From Gammaproteobacteria bacterium (lineage in GTDB: Bacteria > Pseudomonadota > Gammaproteobacteria > JABXHR01): DNA of 64,000 bases. Position numbers and translations under genes: made by a program. The stretch covers positions 20,000-83,999 of the forward strand of contig JABXHR010000016.1 of NCBI GenBank assembly GCA_013373515.1. Direction: 5' to 3'. Under the pieces are notes generated by a model. It did no database searches and had not been told where the DNA came from. It saw only the letters and a program-made list of their open reading frames with translations. Below are positions 42,467 through 53,219 of the stretch, one piece after another. Each line of letters starts with the position of its first letter. Position 1 is the first letter of the stretch.

Positions 42467-43072
42467 ATGTCATCTTCTGTTTTGCTTTTGTACTTTCATG
42501 CGGCGGCTGAGTTTTCTAAAGCCAATCACGGCCTGATTTCGGCGCTTGGGCACCAAGAGCATCTTTTGGTCAGAGACATGTATGCAGAGTACCCGCGCTT
42601 TTCGATTGATATCGACAAAGAGCAAAGTCTTCTGGCTACGCACGACACCATCGTGCTGCAATTTCCGATGTTCTGGTATTCGTCTCCAGCGCTGCTCAAA
42701 GAATGGCAAGACTTGGTTTTAGAGTATGGCTTCGCGTATGGCGATGGTGGCACTGCTTTGCAAGGTAAACGTTTGCAGCTGGTGGTGACCACCGGTTCTC
42801 CCGCGGAAGCTTACACGGCAGAGGGTGAGAAGGGCTACACATTGCGCGAGTTTCTGCGTCCATTTGAGGCCATGGCCAAACTCTGCCATTTGGACTACCA
42901 CGCACCATTGGCGATGCATGGGGCTAGAGATGCTGCAGACAATGGTCAGCAAGCGGTGTGGAATCAGGCTTATCAGAAACTCATTGCAGCGCTGATAGCG
43001 GGGCGCTATCCACAGTCGCTCGCCAAGCGAACCGATGTGGTGACGCCAGAACAACTGCTGGAGGTGCTCTAA
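42467..43072 (+). CDS. kefG: Glutathione-regulated K+ efflux system ancillary protein KefG/KefF-like (flavodoxin-fold NAD(P)H quinone oxidoreductase)
   Basis: Strong similarity to E. coli KefG (LLLYFHAA..., YAEYPRFSIDIDKEQSLLATHDTIVLQFPMFWYSSPALLKEWQDLVL). 1-nt overlap with kefB (TAATG). Confidence 0.8.
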   Translation: MSSSVLLLYFHAAAEFSKANHGLISALGHQEHLLVRDMYAEYPRFSIDIDKEQSLLATHDTIVLQFPMFWYSSPALLKEWQDLVLEYGFAYGDGGTALQGKRLQLVVTTGSPAEAYTAEGEKGYTLREFLRPFEAMAKLCHLDYHAPLAMHGARDAADNGQQAVWNQAYQKLIAALIAGRYPQSLAKRTDVVTPEQLLEVL

Positions 43073-44934
43073 TGTTGGCAGATGCATTTGTCTACTTGAT
43101 TGCCGCGGTCGTGATGGTACCGCTGGCTTCCCGTTTTGGCTTGGGTTCGGTGCTTGGCTACCTAGTCGCGGGTGTGTTGATTGGGCCGGTATTGGGGCTG
43201 GTGGGCACCGAAACCCAAGACATTCAACATTTCGCCGAGTTCGGGGTGGTGATGATGTTGTTTTTGGTTGGGCTAGAGCTGCAACCGAAGATGCTATGGC
43301 AAATGCGTCATCGATTACTCGGGCTCGGTGGCTTGCAGGTGACAGTCACTGCCGCTGCGTTTTTTGCCATTGGGGCGTTGGGCTTTGATTTGGCATGGCA
43401 AAGTGCGCTCGCCATTGGTTTGATGTTGGCGCTGTCGTCGACGGCGATTGTTTTGCAGTCGCTAAACGAGAAGGGACAAATGAAATCGGCAGCGGGCGAG
43501 AGCAGCTTCTCTGTTTTGCTGTTCCAAGACATCGCCGTGATCCCAATCTTGGCGTTGATTCCGCTCCTAGCGTTACCTGAGCTCAGCAATTTGCACGGCG
43601 CTACCGACGACGGACATGGCGGCGGTAGCTTTGTCGATCATCTATCGCCGATATTGCGCACGCTGGTGACTTTGGGTGCGGTGGCCGCGGTGGTGGTCGC
43701 CGGGCGTTTTGGGGTTAATCCGCTTCTGCATTACATTGCAAAATCCAAATTGCGCGAGATGTTTACCGCGACCGCATTGATGTTGGTGATCGGCATTGCC
43801 CTATTGATGACCATGGTGGGTTTATCGCCAGCACTGGGGACATTCGTGGCCGGCGTTGTGCTTGCCGACAGTGAGTTCCGGCACGAGCTAGAGTCGGATA
43901 TCGACCCCTTTAAAGGCCTATTGCTTGGGCTGTTTTTTATTACGGTCGGCTGCGGAATCGACTTTGCTGTTTTGGGTGAAAACGTCAGTCTGGTGTTGGC
44001 GATCACTGTGGGACTGATCGCCGTGAAAGCGGCGGTAATTTATGGTTTGGGCACCCTATTCAAGGTGAATTTGCCCGATCGCTGGTTGTTTGCGTTGGGT
44101 TTGGCGCAAGCAGGCGAATTCGCCTTTGTATTGCTTGGGTTTACGGTGCAAAACGCAGTGATTACTGCTGAAATGTCGAAGATCCTCAATTTGGTGGTGG
44201 CGTTATCGATGTTCCTCACGCCAGCGCTGTTTATCTTTTATGACCGCGTGATCGTGGCGCGCGCAGTGCAGGCGGAAGCACGCGAGCAGGACACGATAGA
44301 CGAAACGGGGTCGGTGATTATTGCTGGGCAGGGGCGCTTTGGTCAGATCATCAATCGCCTGATGATGGGCAACGGATTTAGCACGGTGGTCATTGATCAC
44401 CGCTCGGAACAGGTCGAAATGCTAAAGAAGTTTGGGGTAAAAACCTTTTTTGGCGATGCTTCGAGACCAGATCTCCTGCATGCAGCTGGGTTACATTCGG
44501 CCAAAATGCTGATTGTGGCCATCGACGACATGCATGCGGCGATCGAAATGATTAAACATGCTCGTCGCGAGCGGCCAGATATTCATATTGTCGCCCGCGC
44601 CAGTGATCGTTCAGATGTGTATCGCATGTATTACGCAGGCGCCAATGACATCATCCGCGAAACCTTCGATGCTTCTGTGCGAGCGGGTCGCAGTGCGCTG
44701 GAGGCACTCGGTGTGCATCCCCATGCCGCTGAACGGCGTATCAATGCATTCAGGGAAATTGATCGTGACATGATGTTGTTGATGGCGCAGCACTGGAACG
44801 ACGACATTCCGCCCTATGAAAACGAGGCCTATGTCGCTGAGGGTAGGCGTCAGCTCAAGATCATGGAAGACGCACTAGCCGGTAAACGAACCATCTTCCA
44901 GGAGAAAGCAGAGCGGGGTTGGTCTGCACGTTAG
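43072..44934 (+). CDS. kefB: Glutathione-regulated potassium-efflux system protein KefB/KefC (CPA2 antiporter + RCK/KTN domain)
   Basis: MLADAFVYLIAAVVMVPLASRFGLGSVLGYLVAGVLIGP... plus a C-terminal KTN NAD-binding domain (IIAGQGRFGQ). Confidence 0.9.
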   Translation: MLADAFVYLIAAVVMVPLASRFGLGSVLGYLVAGVLIGPVLGLVGTETQDIQHFAEFGVVMMLFLVGLELQPKMLWQMRHRLLGLGGLQVTVTAAAFFAIGALGFDLAWQSALAIGLMLALSSTAIVLQSLNEKGQMKSAAGESSFSVLLFQDIAVIPILALIPLLALPELSNLHGATDDGHGGGSFVDHLSPILRTLVTLGAVAAVVVAGRFGVNPLLHYIAKSKLREMFTATALMLVIGIALLMTMVGLSPALGTFVAGVVLADSEFRHELESDIDPFKGLLLGLFFITVGCGIDFAVLGENVSLVLAITVGLIAVKAAVIYGLGTLFKVNLPDRWLFALGLAQAGEFAFVLLGFTVQNAVITAEMSKILNLVVALSMFLTPALFIFYDRVIVARAVQAEAREQDTIDETGSVIIAGQGRFGQIINRLMMGNGFSTVVIDHRSEQVEMLKKFGVKTFFGDASRPDLLHAAGLHSAKMLIVAIDDMHAAIEMIKHARRERPDIHIVARASDRSDVYRMYYAGANDIIRETFDASVRAGRSALEALGVHPHAAERRINAFREIDRDMMLLMAQHWNDDIPPYENEAYVAEGRRQLKIMEDALAGKRTIFQEKAERGWSAR

Positions 44935-45758
44935 GCGCTGGGCAAATGGCGCTCTAAAAACGCCACAATATCTGTCATGACCTGCTCACGGTCCAAATCG
45001 TTGAGCAGCTCGTGATAGCCTCCGGGATATTGATTCAGGGTGACGGCAGAATGTTGTCTGGCAAAGCGAATGGCGCCGCCTGGCGAGACGATTTTGTCTG
45101 CATCTCCCTGGATGAGTAGAGTCGGGCAGTTTAGGGTCATGGACGTATCGCGGACGGCTTTCATCGCCGCCATAATCTCCATACCGCTGCGAGCGGTCAT
45201 GCCAAGGTTGGACACCAATGGATCATTTTGACAATGGCGATACAGCGCTGTATCTCTGGTGACAGGTTGTGAGGAGCGATACCCTGCGCGTAGCGTCGGC
45301 CAGCGTTCACTCACCCAAGTGGCCAGTATTAGCTGCCATGTTGCGATTTTCGGGGCTTTAAGCGCCGGTGCACTCAGCAGCGCGATATTGGGGCTTAGGT
45401 TGCCACTGAGCAACAGCTTGCTACAAATCAGTCCTCCCAAACTATGGCCAAATAGTATCCAAGGTAACTCCGCATTTTGTTGATTGAGCTTCGCTTGAAC
45501 GCGCTCGACTGCGTCCTCTAGCAATGCCATTCTTTCAATATGGCCATATTGTCCACTGGGATGGCAGTCACTGCGTCCATGGTTGGGCAAGTCAAACGCC
45601 CAGACCTCGATGCCCATCGCACAGAGTTGCGTCATCAGTGGCTGATAACGCAGCGCATGTTCGTTGTGTCCATGCACGATCAGGGCTTTGGCGCGGGGGT
45701 CGTGTGGGCATAGACGGTAGGTCGCCAATGGCCCCAACCTAGAATATTCCAATGACAT
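44931..45758 (-). CDS. Alpha/beta hydrolase (lysophospholipase / monoacylglycerol lipase-like)
   Basis: HGHNEH...GRSD, nucleophile elbow GHSLGG; 275 aa. Confidence 0.8.
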   Translation of the reverse strand: MSLEYSRLGPLATYRLCPHDPRAKALIVHGHNEHALRYQPLMTQLCAMGIEVWAFDLPNHGRSDCHPSGQYGHIERMALLEDAVERVQAKLNQQNAELPWILFGHSLGGLICSKLLLSGNLSPNIALLSAPALKAPKIATWQLILATWVSERWPTLRAGYRSSQPVTRDTALYRHCQNDPLVSNLGMTARSGMEIMAAMKAVRDTSMTLNCPTLLIQGDADKIVSPGGAIRFARQHSAVTLNQYPGGYHELLNDLDREQVMTDIVAFLERHLPSA

Positions 45759-45933
45759 TAGGTCTCCGATCTTGCGGTGTCCGCCTAAAGGTTCAGCGGC
45801 ATTCAGATGGTCGATTCTACAGAGGCGCAGTACACTGTGCCTGCCGCATTTGTCGGCATCATGCCTGATGAATGCAGTATTTGCGCCGAATCGCAGACAT
45901 CTTGGCTTGATCGATCAACTCAATGGAGTGTGC

Positions 45934-47187
45934 ATGAGCCGACAATCAAGCGGTGAGCTAGGGATTTTAGGTGGCGTCGCGATGCTGTCGACGTCATTGC
46001 TCGGTACAGGGATCTTTGTGGTGCCTGTGCTCGGCGTGATGGAAATAGGCGCGCTATCGCTGTGGTCTTGGATTTTTCTGTTGGCGATGATGCTGCCCAT
46101 CGCGGTGGTGTTCGGTCTGCTCGGCAATGCTCATCCCCATGCGGGCGGCGTGAGTCATTGGGTGGCGAAGTCCTTTGGTCAGCATGCGGAATGGGTGGTT
46201 GCGATGCTCTTTGTGTTGGTGATACCGGCGGGAATACCTGCGGCGATGGGGATGGCGTTGGTATTTGCCAAGGCAATTTTTCCGTTGAATGACCTGGGTG
46301 CTATGGCGGTGCAAATCACGCTGCTGCTCATTATCTATGGCATCAACCGCGCCAATATTCGCGCATCCTCAGTCATTCAATCGATCATTGCGCTGGTAAT
46401 TTTGCTGTTTATCGCGTCGTTGTGGTGGCGCTCGTCAGGTGTTCAGTGGCAGCCACCTAAGATTGAACCTGACGCCTTGCCCTCGGTGTTCGCGTCGTTG
46501 AGTCTATTGATCTGGTGCTTTCTTGGGATCGAAATCATTGCGCATTTGGCCGAGGAATTTCGGCATCCCAAACGTGCGCTACCTTGGGTGACCTTTCTGG
46601 GTTTAGCCATCGCGGGCGGTGTGTATTACCTGTGTGCAGCTCTGGTGGCGGCCTATGCTGCAGACCACGGCGCAGAGACGGGTGTGATGATTGATATGGT
46701 GCGTCAGGGCTACGGTGAGATCGCGACGGTTTTATTTGCCGTAATCGGACTGCTGGCCTGTTTGGCATCGGTTAACACTTATACGGCAGGATTTACACGT
46801 TTGATATGGAGCTTGGCGGATGAGCAGAAATTGCCAAATTCGCTGGGCGTGCTTCGAGGGAAGGTGCCAGTGGCCGCGCTCAATCTGGTGACGGGTACAG
46901 CTTTGGCATCTATGTTGATTTTTGCCCTTTTTGACCAAGACTTGGAGCAGCTTATTCGCCTGAGCAATGGCAATTTTATTTTGGTGTATTTGGCGGCGAT
47001 GGCAGCTGGCGTATCTTTGTTAAGAGGCATCGGTCGGATTGCCGCGCTGCTTGGATGGTTATTGTGTGCATTGGCCTTTGCTGCGCTGGGTTTTGCTGCC
47101 ATGTATGCGATTGTGTGGGTATTGCTACTATCCTTCGCCTCGCGGTGGGTGTTTCGAGCCCAAGCGGCAAAAAAGCCATTAAAATGA
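45934..47187 (+). CDS. yjeH: APC-family amino acid exporter (YjeH-like)
   Basis: 417 aa from MSRQSSGELGILGGVAMLSTSLLGTGIFVVPV... with 12 TM helices. The upstream in-frame extension in the ORF track is unlikely. Confidence 0.65.
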   Translation: MSRQSSGELGILGGVAMLSTSLLGTGIFVVPVLGVMEIGALSLWSWIFLLAMMLPIAVVFGLLGNAHPHAGGVSHWVAKSFGQHAEWVVAMLFVLVIPAGIPAAMGMALVFAKAIFPLNDLGAMAVQITLLLIIYGINRANIRASSVIQSIIALVILLFIASLWWRSSGVQWQPPKIEPDALPSVFASLSLLIWCFLGIEIIAHLAEEFRHPKRALPWVTFLGLAIAGGVYYLCAALVAAYAADHGAETGVMIDMVRQGYGEIATVLFAVIGLLACLASVNTYTAGFTRLIWSLADEQKLPNSLGVLRGKVPVAALNLVTGTALASMLIFALFDQDLEQLIRLSNGNFILVYLAAMAAGVSLLRGIGRIAALLGWLLCALAFAALGFAAMYAIVWVLLLSFASRWVFRAQAAKKPLK

Positions 47188-47198
47188 AGTGAGTTAGG

Positions 47199-49397
47199 GT
47201 GTTTGAGAAAGCAATGCGTGCATTGATGGTGGTGTTGTGGGGTGTATTGGCCGCGGTGGCGTGGGCAGATACGCTTGATGTAGACGCGTTTAAGACGCAA
47301 ATTGAGTCACAGCGACAGCAGGTCGAAGGGGTGGCATCCAATCTCGACAATGAGCGCACCGATTTGTTGGACGCTCGCGAGCGACTGCGGGCGATAAAGC
47401 TGGCGTTGCAGGATTCACTGGCACCGGTCGAGGCGCAGCTGGCCGATGCCCGTGCGAACTTGGCGCGCTTGGGGCCCGTGCCTGCCGAGGATCAACCACC
47501 CGAAAGTGCAGATATTCAAGCCACACGCCAACTGATTAATACAGATATCGGGACGCTCGATGGGCTGGTGCGCCAAAGCGCGCTGTTGAGTGCTGAAATC
47601 GATAGCCTTGAGTCACAGATTGCCGCGCGTCGCCGTGCGGCATTTACCAACAATATTCTAACGCGCAGTTCAATCTGGGAAGTTGACACAGTGGCAGTGT
47701 TCAACGAATCGCTTGGCGTGTTGAACACTCTGACACAGCAAGTCGCGAAAATTCTGAGCAATGGCGCGAATCGGCTGATCGCTGCGATATTTTCGCTGGT
47801 AATCGCGATTGCACTATGGCCGATTAGTCGATCGATTGTGGCGCGTACAGCGGATGCTCTCTCGGTTCAATGGCAGCCCTATTCGGCCATACAGGCCAGC
47901 GATGTATCACGCATGCTGCAACGCGTAGCGCGTGCAACGATTGTGTTGGTGGCCACGATGATTGTGGCCCTCGCCATCTCGGGATTGTTGCCGCCGATGA
48001 CGCCCAAAGAGGGCTTATCACCGCTGTCGTTGGTGATTTTGACCAGCTTATTCGCCAGCACGTTGCTCTCAGCATCGGCGCGGCATCAGCTGTTTTTGCC
48101 GGTGGCCTTGTGTACGTCGCTGTGGCTGGCCAAATACTGGTTAACTGCGTTGAGTACCCCCAGCGCAGATATGCTGTTGGCGCTTAGCGTGGTGGCGGTG
48201 GCCACAACGGCTGTGTTTGCCTTTTTCTATGCCAAGCCAATCGCAAGGGTCCTTTGCTTGCGTTGGTTGAGCGTTGGTGTGGTCCGTTTGGTGGCGATTT
48301 TGGTCGTCATTGTGATGTTGTCAGGCTTTGTGACACTGGCGGAGTTTTTGGTCACTCGCGCAATGGCATTGTCAATTCTTTGGGTGGTTCATCAAGCGGT
48401 ATGTAGGACGCTAGATGCTGCATTGTGGCGACCGACAATGGCGTCGACCACTTCACTCGACCTTCCCATTGATAGCCAGTTTTGGATCAAGCTGACCGGT
48501 CAGTCGATCAGTGTATTTTTGCTAATGCCTTGGGTGCTATTGCTACTAGGGATGGAGTGGGAAGAGCTGCGCGACGGGCTGTATGACTTGTTATTCGGCT
48601 TTACGATCGGCGGCGTTGAATTTTCGCTCGTTAAGGTTGTTAGCGCGATTGCCGTGTTTGTTGGCTTGATTTGGCTGACACGCCGATTTAAGTCGGTGGT
48701 TGAGCATCGCATCCTGCCGCATGCCAAAGTGGATGAAGGCGTTAAAAACTCGCTGTCGACGTTGCTGGGCTATATCGGGGTGGTGTTAGCGATTTTGTTC
48801 GGGATCAGCGTTTTGGGCGTCGATCTCAGCAATTTAGCCATCATCGCCGGTGCGTTGTCGCTCGGGATTGGTTTTGGCCTACAGAGTATTGTGAATAACT
48901 TTGTCTCTGGCTTGATTCTGCTGTTCGAGCGGCCAATCAAAGTGGGCGATTGGATTGCCACGGCCTCAGGCGAGGGCATTGTGAAACGCATCAGTGTACG
49001 GTCGACGGAAATCGAGACATTTGATCGTTCCTCGGTGATTGTGCCGAACTCCGAGTTGATTTCGGGCGCGGTCACCAACATGACGCATACCAACAAACTC
49101 GGACGTGTCACCGTGCCGATTGGCGTGAGCTACGACGCCGAGCCAGAACAGGTGATGCAGATTTTGCGCGAAATCATCGAAGCCCATCCCTTGGTGTTGC
49201 AAGAGCCACCGCCGGGAGTGGTGTTCCAAGACTTTGGCGACAGTGCATTGCTGTTTGAGGTGAAAGGCTTTATAAGCGATGTGGGCACGGGTATTGGGAT
49301 CAAAAACGAGCTACGCCTCGAGATCTTCAAACGCCTGAAAGCCGCTGGCATTGGCATACCCTTCCCACAGATGGATGTACATATTTCCAAGCCCTAA
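47199..49397 (+). CDS. Mechanosensitive channel of the MscS family with N-terminal periplasmic coiled-coil domain (MscK/KefA-like)
   Basis: C-terminal MscS core (...FERPIKVGDWIATASGEGIVKRISVRSTEIETFDRSSVIVPNSELISGAVTNMT). Probable signal peptide MRALMVVLWGVLAAVAWA. Start is either GTG 47199 or ATG 47214. Confidence 0.8.
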   Translation: MFEKAMRALMVVLWGVLAAVAWADTLDVDAFKTQIESQRQQVEGVASNLDNERTDLLDARERLRAIKLALQDSLAPVEAQLADARANLARLGPVPAEDQPPESADIQATRQLINTDIGTLDGLVRQSALLSAEIDSLESQIAARRRAAFTNNILTRSSIWEVDTVAVFNESLGVLNTLTQQVAKILSNGANRLIAAIFSLVIAIALWPISRSIVARTADALSVQWQPYSAIQASDVSRMLQRVARATIVLVATMIVALAISGLLPPMTPKEGLSPLSLVILTSLFASTLLSASARHQLFLPVALCTSLWLAKYWLTALSTPSADMLLALSVVAVATTAVFAFFYAKPIARVLCLRWLSVGVVRLVAILVVIVMLSGFVTLAEFLVTRAMALSILWVVHQAVCRTLDAALWRPTMASTTSLDLPIDSQFWIKLTGQSISVFLLMPWVLLLLGMEWEELRDGLYDLLFGFTIGGVEFSLVKVVSAIAVFVGLIWLTRRFKSVVEHRILPHAKVDEGVKNSLSTLLGYIGVVLAILFGISVLGVDLSNLAIIAGALSLGIGFGLQSIVNNFVSGLILLFERPIKVGDWIATASGEGIVKRISVRSTEIETFDRSSVIVPNSELISGAVTNMTHTNKLGRVTVPIGVSYDAEPEQVMQILREIIEAHPLVLQEPPPGVVFQDFGDSALLFEVKGFISDVGTGIGIKNELRLEIFKRLKAAGIGIPFPQMDVHISKP

Positions 49398-49822
49398 GGC
49401 GCGGTCATAGCGATGTGGGGAATGCCGTCCTCGTCGTACGGCTCGCCCTTCGCTTCAAAGCCGAGGGCAGTGTAAAACGCCAGCAAATAATGCTGTGCCG
49501 AGATCTCAATCGGACGAGTGCTACGTGCCATGGCGTTTTGCATCAGGGCCTTTCCAATGCCCAAGCCTCGGTAATCTGGGTGAACCGCGACGCGGCCAAT
49601 GATCGTTGGCGAGGCATCGCAGCGCAGTCGCGCGTATGCCACCAGCGTTTTGTTGTGCCAGCCACATAAATGCCACCAATCCAGATCTTGGTCATCGATA
49701 TCGGGATAGAGGCACGCTTGCTCAAGCACAAATACCGATTGGCGCAATTTGAGGATGTGATGGCATGCGCTGGGCGTCAATGCCTCCCAGTGCTCAAATG
49801 TCCATGCCAAGTCGGCAGTCAT
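49394..49822 (-). CDS. GNAT family N-acetyltransferase (ElaA-like)
   Basis: 142 aa with acetyl-CoA motif RGLGIGKALM. Confidence 0.75.
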   Translation of the reverse strand: MTADLAWTFEHWEALTPSACHHILKLRQSVFVLEQACLYPDIDDQDLDWWHLCGWHNKTLVAYARLRCDASPTIIGRVAVHPDYRGLGIGKALMQNAMARSTRPIEISAQHYLLAFYTALGFEAKGEPYDEDGIPHIAMTAP

Positions 49823-49825
49823 GGC

Positions 49826-50311
49826 TCAATCGCGGAAATTGTTGAATTGCACAGGCATATCGAGTGACTCTTGGCCGCGCAACAGTGCCATCGCGCTTTG
49901 TAGGTCGTCGCGTTTTTTGCCGCTGACCCGTACCGTGTCGCCTTGAATACTGGCTTGAACCTTGAGCTTGCTGTCCTTGATCAACTTGACCAGTTTCTTG
50001 GCAAAGCCACTGTCGATGCCTTGTTTGACGGTGATCTGTTGTTTGGCGCTTTTGAGTTGACAGTCGGCTTTGCCACGCTCCAAGCAGCCCACATCGATGT
50101 TTCGCTTGGTGAGTTTGGCCAAGAGGATGTCGTACATTTGATCGAGCTGAAAATCTGTTTCGGTTGCCAGATTGATCACGCCATCTTTGTGGCTGAAACT
50201 CGAATTGGTGCCTTTGAAATCAAAGCGTGACAGCACTTCTTTGTTGGCTTGATCGACGGCATTTTGCAGTTCGTGATGATCGACTTCAGACACGATATCA
50301 AATGATGGCAT
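49826..50311 (-). CDS. yajQ: YajQ family (UPF0234) nucleotide/c-di-GMP-binding protein
   Basis: [34 protein letters not shown]...; 161 aa. Confidence 0.85.
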   Translation of the reverse strand: MPSFDIVSEVDHHELQNAVDQANKEVLSRFDFKGTNSSFSHKDGVINLATETDFQLDQMYDILLAKLTKRNIDVGCLERGKADCQLKSAKQQITVKQGIDSGFAKKLVKLIKDSKLKVQASIQGDTVRVSGKKRDDLQSAMALLRGQESLDMPVQFNNFRD

Positions 50312-50429
50312 GAGTGAGCTCCCTTTAGAATGGCGTCAACGATACCGTTTATCGTGGGCTTGGACAACTTCTCACCGCATGGCGTTCTGATTCGGTAAAA
50401 TGAAGGGTTGATTCACGCTGGATAACACA

Positions 50430-53210
50430 TTGACCACGACGCTACATATTGGCCAACGGTGCATAAGCGAAGCCGAACCTGAACTGGGTTTGGGCACCAT
50501 CACACAAGCAGAAATCAACCGTCTAGAAGTGGTATTTCCCGCTTTAGAAGAGCCACGTATTTACGCAAGGCGCAATGCGCCGCTCAAGCGGTTTGTTTTG
50601 TTTGAAGGCGACACGCTGCATCACTGCGATGGCTCTGAAATGACCGTGGTGGCGGTTGATCAAATTGGCGAAACCTTGGTGTATTTGGCGCGTAATGCAG
50701 AGGGCCAAGAGCAGGTGGTGCCAGAGATGAATTTGGCCGACTTTCTGCCAATTAATCAACCTCGACAACGTCTGCTGACAGGGCAACTCGATGGCAACCG
50801 CTGGTTTGAGCTGCGCGTGCAGTCATTGCAAGCCAAGCATCGCGTACAAGCGTCAGGACACCAGGGGCTGCTCGGCGCACGTGCGATGTTGCTCGGCCAT
50901 CAACTTTATGTGGCCACACAGGCAACTGCTCAGTCACAGGTGAGAGTGCTGCTCAGTGATGAGGTGGGACTCGGCAAAACCATTGAGGCGGGATTGATCT
51001 TGCAGCGGCTACTGCAGACGGATCGCAGCAAACGCGCACTAATTTTGGTGCCTGAGAGTTTGCAACACCAGTGGCTCGTCGAGATGATGCGCCGATTCAA
51101 TATTCGTTGTCGTCTGATTAATGAGGAAGCGTCTGCATTAGATGGTGAGCGCGATTTGATGGCGGCCATCTTCGCAGCGCAAGATCAAGTGCTCGATGAT
51201 CATAGTCATTGGATCATTCCGATTGAGCGTTTGGTGTTTGACGATGAACTGGTGGCTGAAATCCTTGAGGCTAACTTCGATACGGTGATTGTCGACGAGG
51301 CGCACCGTTTGCAGTGGACCGAAGGTGCTGTGTCTGAGGAGTATGGCATTGTGCAGCAGCTTGCGGCGCAGACCACCCATATGATGCTGTTGACGGCCAC
51401 ACCGAGCCAATTTGGTATGCAAGGGCATTTTGCGCGTTTACATTTGCTCGATCCAGAGCGCTACCCAAGTTATGCACAGTTCGCTCAGGAACAGTCCAAT
51501 TATGCTCAAGTGGCCGGTTGGGTGAAGCCGTTGGTCGATGGGGAAGCCTTGGCTGAGGATCAAGCCGCACAATTGGTTGCGGCGCTAGGCGATGCTGATG
51601 CCGCAGCCTTGATCGAGCAAAGCACTCAAGATGAGACCGCGCGAGAGCAATTGCTCAATCGGGTTGTCGACCGTCTGGGAACAGGTCGCGCGTTGTATCG
51701 CAATACTCGCCAATCCGTCGGCGGATTTTGCCAACGTGAACTTAACCTCGTTGAGCTGCCCGAATCGAGCGATGGCACCGATGTTTGGTGGAAAAAAGAT
51801 GCACGGGTGGATTGGTTGATCAAACACCTCAAAGCGAACCCAAAAACACGCTTTGTATTGATTTGCCACACCTCAGATACGGCATTAGAGTTACTCGAAG
51901 CCTTACGTGTCTTGAGCGGCATTCCAGCGGCAGTTTTCCATGAGGGGATGTCGATCCTCGAATGCGATCGTGCGGCGGCATTTTTTGCCGACGAAGAGGA
52001 TGGTGCACAAATATTGATTTGCTCGAGCATCGGTGCAGAAGGCCGCAATTTCCAGTTCGTCAGCGATTTGGTGCTGTTTGATATGCCAGATACACCGGAC
52101 GCGCTTGAACAGCGGATCGGGCGTCTTGATCGTATCGGTCAGTCGGACACCATTCGTATCCACGTACCAGTCACAGCCAATAGCCGTGATCAACATTTGA
52201 GCCGTTGGTACCACCAAGTGTTAAATGCTTTCGAACAAAGCTGCGGTTATGGCGGCGTTTTGTTTGAGGAGCTTGGCCACGAACTCGATGACGCGCTGGG
52301 TGATGAAGACGCGATGGGGCGCTTTATTAAAGTGTCGCTTCCGCGTGCACAGGCCCTTGCAGCAGAGTATCAGCAAGGCCGTGACCGACTGTTGGAGTGG
52401 CAGTCCTATCATCCCGTGGTGGCGAGCGATATCGTCGAGTCAATTCAGCAGTTCGAGCACAAGCGCGACCCGTGGCCTTGGTTTGAGCGCGCTGCCGACT
52501 GTTACGGCTTGGAGATCGACGAATTGTCTGCCGATCGCCATCATGTGTATGCGGGGGATCATGCGGAAATGGCGAGTTTTGATGGCTTGCCGGAAGAGGG
52601 CGCGACCTTTTCCACACAACGTGAGACGGTGATCGCACGCGAGGACGTTGAGTTTCTCAACTGGGAACATCCCTTGGTGCAGAATATCCTCGAAGATATC
52701 CTAAGTTCTGATCGCGGCAAAGCGTGTTTGGCTGCGTTATCTGACCCAGCGCTCAAGCCCGGAGAGATTTTGATCGAAGCGTTTTTTGCACCGCAACTGC
52801 CCGGTTACTCTGCCAGTTTGGCCAAGTCGTTGCCGTCGGCGCTGTATCGTGTTTTGACCACTTTATCTGGGGTCGATATTACGGCGCGTGTGCCCACAGA
52901 GTGGCTTCGTCAACGCTGCAAAGGCATCAAAAAAACCATGGCACGTCAGTTGGCCGAAGGGCAGCGCGAGGCCTTTAAGCAGCAAATTTTAGCCATTGAG
53001 CAGAAGGCCGAAGACGAGCAAACACTGTTTGTTGAAAAGGCGCTCAAGCGCTTTGATCAGCAATCAACAGAGGCACTGAACCGCGCCAATGCGCTTGGCA
53101 TGACATCTGAAAAAATCGCGCTTTTGTCGGCAACCCAAGCTGAAGAGCGTGAATTGATCTCGGGGTTGCAGTTTAGATTTGAGGCCCTCAGATTGATCTT
53201 TACACACTAA
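50430..53210 (+). CDS. rapA: RNA polymerase-associated SNF2-family ATPase RapA (HepA)
   Basis: SNF2 helicase motifs (LLSDEVGLGKTIEAG, DEAH box VIVDEAHRL). 926 aa with RapA-like N-terminus. Confidence 0.93.
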   Translation: MTTTLHIGQRCISEAEPELGLGTITQAEINRLEVVFPALEEPRIYARRNAPLKRFVLFEGDTLHHCDGSEMTVVAVDQIGETLVYLARNAEGQEQVVPEMNLADFLPINQPRQRLLTGQLDGNRWFELRVQSLQAKHRVQASGHQGLLGARAMLLGHQLYVATQATAQSQVRVLLSDEVGLGKTIEAGLILQRLLQTDRSKRALILVPESLQHQWLVEMMRRFNIRCRLINEEASALDGERDLMAAIFAAQDQVLDDHSHWIIPIERLVFDDELVAEILEANFDTVIVDEAHRLQWTEGAVSEEYGIVQQLAAQTTHMMLLTATPSQFGMQGHFARLHLLDPERYPSYAQFAQEQSNYAQVAGWVKPLVDGEALAEDQAAQLVAALGDADAAALIEQSTQDETAREQLLNRVVDRLGTGRALYRNTRQSVGGFCQRELNLVELPESSDGTDVWWKKDARVDWLIKHLKANPKTRFVLICHTSDTALELLEALRVLSGIPAAVFHEGMSILECDRAAAFFADEEDGAQILICSSIGAEGRNFQFVSDLVLFDMPDTPDALEQRIGRLDRIGQSDTIRIHVPVTANSRDQHLSRWYHQVLNAFEQSCGYGGVLFEELGHELDDALGDEDAMGRFIKVSLPRAQALAAEYQQGRDRLLEWQSYHPVVASDIVESIQQFEHKRDPWPWFERAADCYGLEIDELSADRHHVYAGDHAEMASFDGLPEEGATFSTQRETVIAREDVEFLNWEHPLVQNILEDILSSDRGKACLAALSDPALKPGEILIEAFFAPQLPGYSASLAKSLPSALYRVLTTLSGVDITARVPTEWLRQRCKGIKKTMARQLAEGQREAFKQQILAIEQKAEDEQTLFVEKALKRFDQQSTEALNRANALGMTSEKIALLSATQAEERELISGLQFRFEALRLIFTH

Positions 53211-53219
53211 GGAGCGTCT

